Below, piece by piece: positions 17,035 through 24,501 of a stretch of DNA of 27,155 bases. The notes under the pieces are model-generated. The model was given only the letters and a program-made list of their open reading frames with translations, was not told the DNA's origin and did no database searches. The stretch spans positions 1 through 27,155 of the forward strand of contig JBAXOY010000033.1 of NCBI GenBank assembly GCA_037133055.1, written 5' to 3'. The DNA comes from Chlamydiota bacterium (GTDB lineage: Bacteria; Auribacterota; Tritonobacteria; UBA1439). The stretch's first letter is position 1, and each line of letters begins with the position of its first letter. A program made the position numbers and the translations under genes.

Positions 17035-17835
17035 CTACCACCCGGCCCTGACCTTGCTGACCGAAAAGAGCAGGAGGGCGTCGTCCGCAACCGGGCAGAG
17101 ATTGAGCCCCCCGGAGACCGTCACGCGGTCGCCGGAGTTGAGCGCGCCGAGCATCTCCCTGTTCGCGGGGGTGTTCGGAAGATAGCAGGGGGTCGCGCAG
17201 TTCTCCAGGTAGAACTTGAGCGCCCGCTGGTTGTCGAGGTTGATGTCCCGCTCGAACCCGGTGAAGAAAGTCGAGCACATAGAGAAGCGGTCCTTGACCC
17301 GCACGTGCTCGCCGGCATATTCCTCTGAGCGCACCGCGATGTCCTGCGGCGAGACGTCCGTGTACTCGGTCGCCTCCGTGAAGCCGGAAAAGACATCCTG
17401 CTCCTTCTCGATCAGCCACCCCGGCTCGATGTGGCTGACCCTGAGTATGTAGTACGGGCTGCCGAACTTCTTGATGCCCATCGCGAGCTGGTCGACGCGC
17501 CCGATGACGCTCACCCGGTCGTTTTTCCTGACCTTCATGAGCCGGGTGTAGTTCTTGGCGTCGTATTTCGAGATGAGGCACCGCAGCTTCGAGTCCCGGA
17601 GGCTGAACTTGATGAAGTACGGCCCTCGGAGGCCGCGCTTCTGCTCCTCGGGGGTGAAGTTGGGGTTCATCTCGCCCATGAAATCGGTGACGAGGATCTT
17701 GGCGTTGGTGAGGCTCTGGTCGCCGATCACGTTGTCGTTCAACACCTCTCCCTTGAACCTCTTCACCTTGTACTCCGCCGAGGCGAGGGACGCGAAAAGG
17801 AGGAGGGCGATGGCGCACGCGCAGATCCCCTTCAT
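17035..17835 (-). CDS. Exported protein with two internal repeats, OB-fold-like
   Basis: Signal peptide MKGICACAIALLLFASLASA|E. Two repeats end in KNDRVSVIGRV and SGDRVTVSGGL. ATGA overlap with the upstream gene. The track's 18519 start is an overextension. Confidence 0.8.
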   Translation of the reverse strand: MKGICACAIALLLFASLASAEYKVKRFKGEVLNDNVIGDQSLTNAKILVTDFMGEMNPNFTPEEQKRGLRGPYFIKFSLRDSKLRCLISKYDAKNYTRLMKVRKNDRVSVIGRVDQLAMGIKKFGSPYYILRVSHIEPGWLIEKEQDVFSGFTEATEYTDVSPQDIAVRSEEYAGEHVRVKDRFSMCSTFFTGFERDINLDNQRALKFYLENCATPCYLPNTPANREMLGALNSGDRVTVSGGLNLCPVADDALLLFSVSKVRAGW

Positions 17836-18539
17836 CTCTCCGCCTCCCTTCCCGCCCTCGCGGCCGCCCCGGCCCCGCGCCCCGCGCCCCGCGCCGCCCC
17901 CTCGATCGCGGCGGGCGCGTCCCCGCCCGGTTGCCGCTGCGCCTGGTCCATTCTCGCCGAAAGCTCGTCGATCGAGCCGGAGAGCTCCTTGGCCTGGGTG
18001 TCGATCTGCTTCATGATCTTTTCGGACTCCCCGACCGCGTCCCCGACCTCGCCCGCCTTTCCGCCGGCCCCCGCCGCCTCTCCCCTGAGCGCCCCCGTCT
18101 CCGCCGCGCCTCCCCGCATCCCCCCGGACATCTCCTGTCCGCGGCCCTGGATCGCGCTCAGGCTTTCCCCGCCGCGCTCCTGGCTCTTCCCGATCACCTC
18201 GACGGACCTGAGCATCTCCCGCTGGCTCTCCTCGATCCGCTTCTGCGACTCGATCAGCTCGCGGTCGTCCGCCGCGCCGGGGGGGCGCGAATCGATCTCG
18301 ATGTAGGTCTTGCTCTTCACCGGGCCCGCGGGCGCCTCGGGCGACGCGCCGCTCCCGCCGTCCGTGTAGTCGACCCTCTTGACGATCACCTTGCTTCCAC
18401 GGTCGATCGCCTGCTCCACGATGCGCTTCACCTGGGCGTCCGACGGGGAGGGAACGGGCTCGGGGGGGGCGGCACAGGCCGCCCCGGCCGCGCACGCGGC
18501 GATGATCGCCGGTTTCCACGCCGCCCTCAACGATCTCAT
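17832..18539 (-). CDS. Exported (possibly lipo-) coiled-coil protein of unknown function
   Basis: RBS GGAGG. Signal-like MRSLRAAWKPAIIAACAAGAACA. Heptad-rich C-terminal half. Confidence 0.72.
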   Translation of the reverse strand: MRSLRAAWKPAIIAACAAGAACAAPPEPVPSPSDAQVKRIVEQAIDRGSKVIVKRVDYTDGGSGASPEAPAGPVKSKTYIEIDSRPPGAADDRELIESQKRIEESQREMLRSVEVIGKSQERGGESLSAIQGRGQEMSGGMRGGAAETGALRGEAAGAGGKAGEVGDAVGESEKIMKQIDTQAKELSGSIDELSARMDQAQRQPGGDAPAAIEGAARGAGRGAGAAARAGREAER

Positions 18540-18577
18540 ACCCTCCACCTCCCCCCCGCTGCGCGCTATTCCCGGGC

Positions 18578-19453
18578 CTATTCGGGCGCGACCGGTATAT
18601 CGCCTATCTGCGACGACAGGTCGCTCCCGACGTCGTCCATTTTAGTTTCGAGCTTCTGCGTGTTCTTGTTGTCCCGGCTTATGATTTCGGCCGTCGAGGC
18701 GTCGATCTTCGACCCGATGTCCCTCCCCATCTTCTTCATCCCGCGCTCCGCGGCGTCACCCTGGCTCTCGATGCTGCCCGCCATCTTCCGTATCATCGAG
18801 TCCACGTTGCCGATCGCCCCCTCGATCTCCCCGATGTTCTTCGCCATCTCCGTCATCCCCGAGGCCATGTCGGTGGTGGTGCTCGCGACATCGGTCATCT
18901 TCGCCGAGGTGCCGGCGGTGTCGCCCGCGACCTTCCTGATCTCGCTCCCGGAGGACTTCATCCCGAGCGTCATGTCCCGCATGATGTTCTCGACGCGGGC
19001 GGTCCGCGTCCCGAGGCTCACCTGGTAGTTCGCGATGGTGCTGAGGGACTTGAGCAGGACGAGCTGATTCTTGAGGATCTCCCGCTGGATGCGGAGGAGC
19101 TGGACCTGCCGCTCGCCGCCCGCCCCCGAGTCGAAACGGAGGATGTACACGTTCCTCTGGAGGGTGCGCCCGTCGCCCGGGGATGCCTCGACGCCCTTGC
19201 CGGAGCCGAGCCCGTTGCCGCCGCCCCCGGTCTCGAGCCGGATGACGGCGTTGTCGAGGTCCTTCAGGTCAAGGTCGTTCACGCGCTCGCCCCTGAGGAC
19301 CTTCTCCACCGCCTCGAGCGCCTGCCGGGTCTGCGCGTCATCCCTCGCGCCGGCCTGCGGCGCCGCGCCCCCCGGGGCCGCCTCGGCGCCCATCGCCGCA
19401 GCGCACGCCCACAGAAACGCCGCGACAATCACACTACAGGGTCCGCGTCTCAT
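18578..19453 (-). CDS. Exported long coiled-coil protein of unknown function
   Basis: RBS GGAGGA 7 nt before ATG. Signal peptide MRRGPCSVIVAAFLWACAAAMGA. Met/Ile heptads over more than 100 aa. Confidence 0.78.
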   Translation of the reverse strand: MRRGPCSVIVAAFLWACAAAMGAEAAPGGAAPQAGARDDAQTRQALEAVEKVLRGERVNDLDLKDLDNAVIRLETGGGGNGLGSGKGVEASPGDGRTLQRNVYILRFDSGAGGERQVQLLRIQREILKNQLVLLKSLSTIANYQVSLGTRTARVENIMRDMTLGMKSSGSEIRKVAGDTAGTSAKMTDVASTTTDMASGMTEMAKNIGEIEGAIGNVDSMIRKMAGSIESQGDAAERGMKKMGRDIGSKIDASTAEIISRDNKNTQKLETKMDDVGSDLSSQIGDIPVAPE

Positions 19454-19499
19454 TATCGTATCCTCCGCCGGATGCCGCCACCGCCATCGGCATACCCGT

Positions 19500-19508
19500 A
19501 GTATACCA
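19500..19508 (-). promoter_or_regulatory. Extended -10 promoter for the coiled-coil operon
   Basis: Minus strand reads TGG-TATACT (TGn-TATAAT-like), about 46 bp upstream of ATG 19453. Confidence 0.55.
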
Positions 19509-19651
19509 CAGCCCCCCGGCGCTTCCACCGCGCATATCCCCTGCCCGCGCCTCCCGCAGCGGGAAACGCCCCTTTCGCGATACGGTCGAGCTCCTTCATC
19601 ACGTTGCGTTCCATCTTCTTCGCCCACGCCGTCCGCCTTGTCCACTCATGG

Positions 19652-19714
19652 CAAAATATTTTCCGAAAATTTTTTTCAGTTTTTTCTTGACGACTTTCGG
19701 CACGGGGCTATAAT
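19652..19714 (+). promoter_or_regulatory. dnaA promoter with AT-rich upstream tract
   Basis: TTGACG (19687-19692)-16 bp-TATAAT (19709-19714), preceded by an A/T-rich tract of about 35 bp. Confidence 0.78.
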
Positions 19715-19746
19715 CCGCCTCAGTGAGCGGAGAGCCGGAGCGGGGG

Positions 19747-19811
19747 TGTTGAAAAGCTGTGGATAAGAGTGGCGGTTATCCCGTGGCAAAGTGTAACCAT
19801 TTGGGGGATAA
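19747..19811. promoter_or_regulatory. DnaA-box cluster
   Basis: Perfect TGTGGATAA (19758-19766, = TTATCCACA). Adjacent TGTTGAAAA (19747-19755). Degenerate TTATCCCGT (19776-19784) and GGGGGATAA (19803-19811). A further TTGTCCACT lies at 19638-19646. Confidence 0.8.
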
Positions 19812-19882
19812 CAAGTTGTAGTTCCAAACGGCCGCAGCAATGCGTGGGGACTATCGCCGGGACACCGGCGCCGGGGCGTGCG

Positions 19883-21208
19883 ATGCATCTCACACTGTGG
19901 CGTGACCTGCTGCAGCTTCTCGAGGGGAGCCTGAGCAGGGAGGCGATCGCGCTCTGGATCCTCCCCATAAAACCGCTTCTCGTCTCTCGCGAGAAGCTCG
20001 TGCTCGAGGTCCCCAACGGCCTCCACGAGCGCATCGTGCGGGAGCGCTACCTCGCCGTGATCCGCCGGTGCGCGCGGGCGCTGACCGGCGCGGCGATGGA
20101 GGTCGACTTCGTCCGCTCCTCCGACAACGGCTCTCCCGTCGCCCCTCCGGGACGCCTCGCCGCCCCGCCGGCGCGGGGCCGCGCGAACGCCGTCGGCCTT
20201 AATCCGGCATACACCTTCCAGGGATTCGTGGTCGGCTCGTGCAACCGCGCGGCCTACCATGCCGCGGTCGCCGCCGCCGACAGGCCGGGGAAGAAACGCA
20301 ACCCGCTCTTCATCACCGGGGGTGTCGGGCTCGGGAAGACCCACCTCCTCCAGGCGATCGGCGCGCGCGCGGCCTCCGGCGAAAAGCACGCCTTCGTCTA
20401 CACCCCGAGCGACCTGCTCATGGACGAGCTGATGGAAGCGGTCCAAGGCCGCACGATCGCGCGGGTGAGAAAACGGCTCTCGTCGGTGTCGATACTGCTC
20501 GTCGATGACATCCACTCGCTCGGGGGAAAAAACCAGGTCCAGGAGGAGTTCTTCTCGCTCTTCACGGCGATCCTCGGGAACGGCGGGCAGGTCGTGCTCT
20601 CGAGCGACCGCCCTCCGAAGGAGATCCCGCGGCTCCACCAGCGCCTCGTGTCGCGGTTCGAGTCGGGCACCATGATGGAGCTGAAACAGCCCGCTCTTGC
20701 CACCCGGCTCGCCATACTCGAACGGAAGGCCCGTCTCCTCGGGATCACGCTGCCCCGGAGCGTTCTCATGCTGCTGGCGAGCGAAATCAGGTCCAACATC
20801 AGGCGCATGGAGGGGGCGGTCAACAGGCTTGCCGCGCAGGCCTCGATCGGGGGAGGCATCCCGGGGCGCGAGGCGGTGGACGCCCTGCTCAGGGACCAGC
20901 TCTTCGGCGGGGATGCGCAGTGCGTCACGACGCGGGGGATCCAGCAGCGGGTGGCGTCCCACTTCCAGATCAGGCTGGGCGCACTGCTCGGGCCGGCGAG
21001 AAGCGGAAGGGTCGCCTTCCCGCGCCAGCTCGCGATGTATCTCTGCCGGCGCCTTGTCAATTCGCCCTACGCCGACATCGGCGCCGCGTTCTCCGGGCGG
21101 GATCACACCACGGTCATGCACGCCTGCAAGACGATCGAGGACCTGCTCCGGGGGAACGGCGACGCGCGGGACACGGTGGACCAGCTCATCACCGCGCTCA
21201 GGTCCTGA
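19883..21208 (+). CDS. dnaA: Chromosomal replication initiator DnaA (diverged)
   Basis: LNPAYTFQGFVVG, NPLFITGGVGLGKTHLL, LLVDDI, QEEFF, RLVSRFESG, NIRRMEGA, PRQLAMYL, GRDHTTVMHA. The start is chosen at the domain I motif MHLTLW; the RBS is weak. Confidence 0.93.
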   Translation: MHLTLWRDLLQLLEGSLSREAIALWILPIKPLLVSREKLVLEVPNGLHERIVRERYLAVIRRCARALTGAAMEVDFVRSSDNGSPVAPPGRLAAPPARGRANAVGLNPAYTFQGFVVGSCNRAAYHAAVAAADRPGKKRNPLFITGGVGLGKTHLLQAIGARAASGEKHAFVYTPSDLLMDELMEAVQGRTIARVRKRLSSVSILLVDDIHSLGGKNQVQEEFFSLFTAILGNGGQVVLSSDRPPKEIPRLHQRLVSRFESGTMMELKQPALATRLAILERKARLLGITLPRSVLMLLASEIRSNIRRMEGAVNRLAAQASIGGGIPGREAVDALLRDQLFGGDAQCVTTRGIQQRVASHFQIRLGALLGPARSGRVAFPRQLAMYLCRRLVNSPYADIGAAFSGRDHTTVMHACKTIEDLLRGNGDARDTVDQLITALRS

Positions 21209-22379
21209 CCGCAGCCCCGCCGCACAGGGCGATCACCAGGTCCTCGAGCACCGTGCGCTCCCTGTGCCGCTGCCGTTTCACCTCGGCGTCCGCCCTGACC
21301 AGGAGATCGAGGTGCGCGCGCAGCCTGCGGACCGGGATCCGTCGCGCCGCCCCGCACATCTTGAAGACGACGTACGGGTGCTGGCCGAATATGCTGTACC
21401 CCTTGTACTTCTGCCCTGCGGACTTGTACGCCTCGCGATAGTCTCCGGGCACCCCTTCGATGGCCGCCTTGAACGCCGGATACCCGGACACGTTGCGAAG
21501 GATCCCCTCCTCCATCAGCCCTTTCAGCTGAAGGAGGAAACGCGTGCGCCGGGTAAGCGTCGCGAGTATCATCAGCGGATGCACGCCGCAGAGCACGACC
21601 TGCCGCAAAAGGGCGAGCGATCTCTCGATCTCCCCGGACATCACGGCGTCGGCGAGCTGGAACGCCTGAGTCTCGCGGGAGGGGCTTACCAGGAGGTCGA
21701 TATCCCCCTTCCCGATCTTCGCGCCCGGCGGGGCATGGAGGTCGAGCTTCTCGACCTCCGTGAAGATCGTGCGGAGATCGGTGCCGACGAGCTGCACCAG
21801 GTAGAGGAACGTGTCGCGGCCCATCTCGTGCCCGCCGGCCCCGATGCGGGCCGAGACGAGACCATGGAGACTCCTCAGGTGGGCGTCGTCCGTATCGGTG
21901 AAGCAGGCGAACTCGCACGCCATCCCGCGTTTCTCGATCTCCTTGTAGAGAGAGAGGCGTTTGTCGGCTCCCTCCTCGGTGATGACAAGGGTGGCCCCCC
22001 CACCCTTCTCCGGGAGCAGCGCGCGGACCGCATCGGCCCTCTCCTTGTCGCGGAAGAGCCGGCACCCCCTCGCCCACACCGCCCTCGGCCCCTCGCCGAA
22101 GAGGGGCATCGAGGCGAGGGCCCCGGAGAGCTGGGCGATCGTCACGGCGGGGCCGCTCAGCATCTCCAGCCCGAACTCCCTCTGCGCGTCCGGGACGATT
22201 TTCCCGATCAGCCTCCGGGCGGTGTCCTCGACAAGATACCCCTCATCGCCGTACAATAGATAGACGGGATGCGGCCCCTCGCGTGGCATTTCGAGGGCGC
22301 GCTTCCCGGCATCGAGGGGGGAGCCCCCGCCGGATTTTTTCCAGCTCCCCTGAGATTTATTCTTCGCTGCGAATCCCAT
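21198..22379 (-). CDS. holA: DNA polymerase III delta subunit
   Basis: PVYLLYGDEGYL, SMPLF, DKRLSLYK, EVEKL, FQLADA, HPLMIL, HPY, ADAEVK. GGAG before ATG 22379; alternative start 22289. Confidence 0.88.
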   Translation of the reverse strand: MGFAAKNKSQGSWKKSGGGSPLDAGKRALEMPREGPHPVYLLYGDEGYLVEDTARRLIGKIVPDAQREFGLEMLSGPAVTIAQLSGALASMPLFGEGPRAVWARGCRLFRDKERADAVRALLPEKGGGATLVITEEGADKRLSLYKEIEKRGMACEFACFTDTDDAHLRSLHGLVSARIGAGGHEMGRDTFLYLVQLVGTDLRTIFTEVEKLDLHAPPGAKIGKGDIDLLVSPSRETQAFQLADAVMSGEIERSLALLRQVVLCGVHPLMILATLTRRTRFLLQLKGLMEEGILRNVSGYPAFKAAIEGVPGDYREAYKSAGQKYKGYSIFGQHPYVVFKMCGAARRIPVRRLRAHLDLLVRADAEVKRQRHRERTVLEDLVIALCGGAAVRT

Positions 22380-22445
22380 GCGTTCATCTCCCGAGGATCG
22401 TCCGGGGTCTCCACGAGTTGCGTCTAGGAGCGCGCCCGCGCCCTG

Positions 22446-22454
22446 TGCTATCAT
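22446..22454 (+). promoter_or_regulatory. Extended -10 promoter for the DUF962 gene
   Basis: TGC-TATCAT followed by RBS AAGGAG and ATG 22475. Confidence 0.55.
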
Positions 22455-22474
22455 TGGGGAAAAAGGAGAACCCC

Positions 22475-22711
22475 ATGCCGTCCCTCTATGCCAAATGGGC
22501 CGCGCGGCATATGAACCGGATCAACCTCGTCCTGCACGCCGTCGGCATACCGCTCACCGTTGCGGCGATCCCCGCGCTCCTTTTCCGCGACCCGCGGCTC
22601 ACCGCGGGGCTCTTTGTCTGCGGGTACGCGCTGCAGTTCGTCGGCCACGCGATCGAGGGGAACAAGTCCGGCGAGCAGATGCTGTGCGAGAAGCTCATCC
22701 GCCGGCGATGA
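22475..22711 (+). CDS. DUF962/Mpo1-like small membrane protein
   Basis: H.N.IN..LHAVGIP and GYALQFVGHAIEGNK His motifs; two hydrophobic segments. Confidence 0.85.
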   Translation: MPSLYAKWAARHMNRINLVLHAVGIPLTVAAIPALLFRDPRLTAGLFVCGYALQFVGHAIEGNKSGEQMLCEKLIRRR

Positions 22712-22726
22712 TACCACCCGCAGTTC

Positions 22727-22771
22727 GTTCAAACTGTTCAAACTGTTCAAACAGTTCAAGCGGTTCAAGCC
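22727..22771. repeat. Tandem 9-bp repeat GTTCAAnnn x5
   Basis: GTTCAAACT GTTCAAACT GTTCAAACA GTTCAAGCG GTTCAAGCC. Confidence 0.92.
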
Positions 22772-22829
22772 GCGAAACGCTCTCTTCGTGAGCTCGTTCC
22801 ATCCACCTACGCCGTCACGCCGCGTCTCA

Positions 22830-22865
22830 TTCGCACCCTTCTCACCTTTCACACCCTTCGCACCT
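22830..22865. repeat. Tandem 9-bp repeat TTCnCACCY x4
   Basis: TTCGCACCC TTCTCACCT TTCACACCC TTCGCACCT. Confidence 0.9.
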
Positions 22866-22876
22866 TTTTCCTTCTT

Positions 22877-23842
22877 TCAGTAGCAGATCGTCTCCGTCAA
22901 ATGGTACGGCTTCTCTCCCTCGACCTTCTCGTGCGCGAGCAGCCAGAGGAACGCGTCCAGCGTGACCGAGTCCATGCGCTGCCCCCCGGCCGCGTACTCG
23001 CGCTGGATCATGTCGCACGCCCCGATGGTGGAGGCGCGGATCTCTACCTCCTCGCGGCTGCACGGGGGGATGAGGGTTTGGGAATCCACCTTCGCGGCGA
23101 GGTCCGAGCGATAGCAAAGCACCCCGAGCCGCCGAAGGGCCTGGGGCAGCTTGTAGTCGGCGAAGACGGTGAGGCGGTCCGTGTCGCGGAACGAGCCCGG
23201 CCCCTTTCCCTGGAACCGCTGGTACACCATGGCCGGGGCGAGCTGGGCCCTCTTGTAGAAGAGGAGCTCCCCGCCGTCCATCCCGCACGCGTCGTTGAAG
23301 GAGGGGAACTCGCGCACGAGGAGCTCCGCGAGGGCGGCCGCGCTGCCGCGCGCCATGTCGAGCAGATTTCTGAAGCTCCCGCCGTGCCGGGCGACGAGCC
23401 CCGCCCCCACCTCGCGCAGAATCTCGACCCGCTCGCGGAAGAGGACCAGCTCCCCCTCGCCCCTGAGGATCCGCCCGAGCGTCTCCCCGGTCATCCCGGC
23501 GAGGAACCCCCCCTCGAGGAGCGGCACCCCCTCCTCGACCGCGCGCGTGAACGCGCCCATCAGGCCGTAGGCGCCGTCAAGCCGCCGCCCCTTGTAGGCG
23601 ATATTCCATTTCACCGCGCCCGGCTTCGCCCAGAAGGCGAAGTTGACGCAGTTGAAGAGCAGAAAGAAATCGGCCGCCTTCTCGTCGTCCCAGGGGTAGA
23701 TGAACTCCTTCCGCCAGTCGGGAAGCGCGATCCCTCCCGCGGGCCTCTCGCGGCAGAAGGCCCGCACGCGCTCGGCGTCGATGTCGACGTGCCGGGGGTG
23801 ATCGAGAACGGGCCGCAAACTCGCCAGGATTTTTTCCTTCAT
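22877..23842 (-). CDS. Queuosine salvage protein, DUF2419 / Qng1 family
   Basis: VNFAFW, FPSFND, FYKRAQL, LTVFADYKLPQAL..LG.L.Y, EEVEIRA, LD.FLW and terminal PYHLTETICY. Start reassigned to MKEKIL. Confidence 0.9.
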   Translation of the reverse strand: MKEKILASLRPVLDHPRHVDIDAERVRAFCRERPAGGIALPDWRKEFIYPWDDEKAADFFLLFNCVNFAFWAKPGAVKWNIAYKGRRLDGAYGLMGAFTRAVEEGVPLLEGGFLAGMTGETLGRILRGEGELVLFRERVEILREVGAGLVARHGGSFRNLLDMARGSAAALAELLVREFPSFNDACGMDGGELLFYKRAQLAPAMVYQRFQGKGPGSFRDTDRLTVFADYKLPQALRRLGVLCYRSDLAAKVDSQTLIPPCSREEVEIRASTIGACDMIQREYAAGGQRMDSVTLDAFLWLLAHEKVEGEKPYHLTETICY

Positions 23843-23865
23843 GTTGTAAATCCTTTCATGCCATT

Positions 23866-24501
23866 CTATCCTTCTCTCCCCCTCCCCGGCGCCCCGGTTC
23901 CCCCTTTTCCCCTCCCCCCGAACAGTTGGTCGAAGCGCGCGAGGAACCTCTGCCGCACGAGATAGTCGCTGTACACGTCGGCGTAGTATTTCCTGAAGCC
24001 GGCGAGAAAATCGCGGTGGAATTTGCGGATGTCTATCCGCACGCCCACCCTCGAATAGCACCGGATGAAATAGCGCGAGTGCTCGGCGATCGACGCCCCC
24101 GGGAAGGCGGCGCAGGCGTCGCGGTACCCGGAGCGGGGGGAGGCCCAGAGGAGCTCGGCGACGGTGAGCTGCGCCTTTCCGTCGAGCGCAGGGGGGGCCA
24201 TCCCCCGCATGAGCGGGGGGGTCCTCACGCGCGCGCGGAGCGCGGGGCTCATGTACTTTTCGACGAACGCGGAGAAGGTCTCGAGGTCGGGCCGCCGCCC
24301 ATCGAGGAACCCGCTGAGGACCTCGATGCCGAGCAGCATCAGGTGGAGGGCGGTATAGTACTGTCCGGCCTGCATCTCGGCCTCGACGCTGTCAAGGAGC
24401 CACCGCGAGAACCGGTCGTTGAAGTACCACTCCACCTTCCGCCCGCGCGGCCACCGCGCAAAGCCGCACCGGAGTTCCGGCATCCGGATCCGCTCTCTCA
24501 T
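23866..24501 (-). CDS. Hypothetical helical protein, possibly degenerate HEPN-like
   Basis: ATGA coupling to the upstream stop. Amphipathic helices YTALHLMLLGIEVLSGF and FSAFVEKYM. The track's 25008 start is an overextension. Confidence 0.7.
   Translation of the reverse strand: MRERIRMPELRCGFARWPRGRKVEWYFNDRFSRWLLDSVEAEMQAGQYYTALHLMLLGIEVLSGFLDGRRPDLETFSAFVEKYMSPALRARVRTPPLMRGMAPPALDGKAQLTVAELLWASPRSGYRDACAAFPGASIAEHSRYFIRCYSRVGVRIDIRKFHRDFLAGFRKYYADVYSDYLVRQRFLARFDQLFGGRGKGGTGAPGRGREG

Noticed and set aside
18578..19453. Methyl-accepting chemotaxis protein call
   Set aside because: The similarity is generic heptads only. There is no LLALNAAIEAARAGE hairpin-tip motif or TM pair, and the protein has a cleavable signal peptide.
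22727..22865. Possible CRISPR array
   Set aside because: Units are 9-bp tandem repeats without unique spacers, and no cas genes are present.
23866..23920. G-quadruplex-like G runs on the minus strand
   Set aside because: They encode a Gly/Arg-rich tail and such runs are unremarkable at this GC content.
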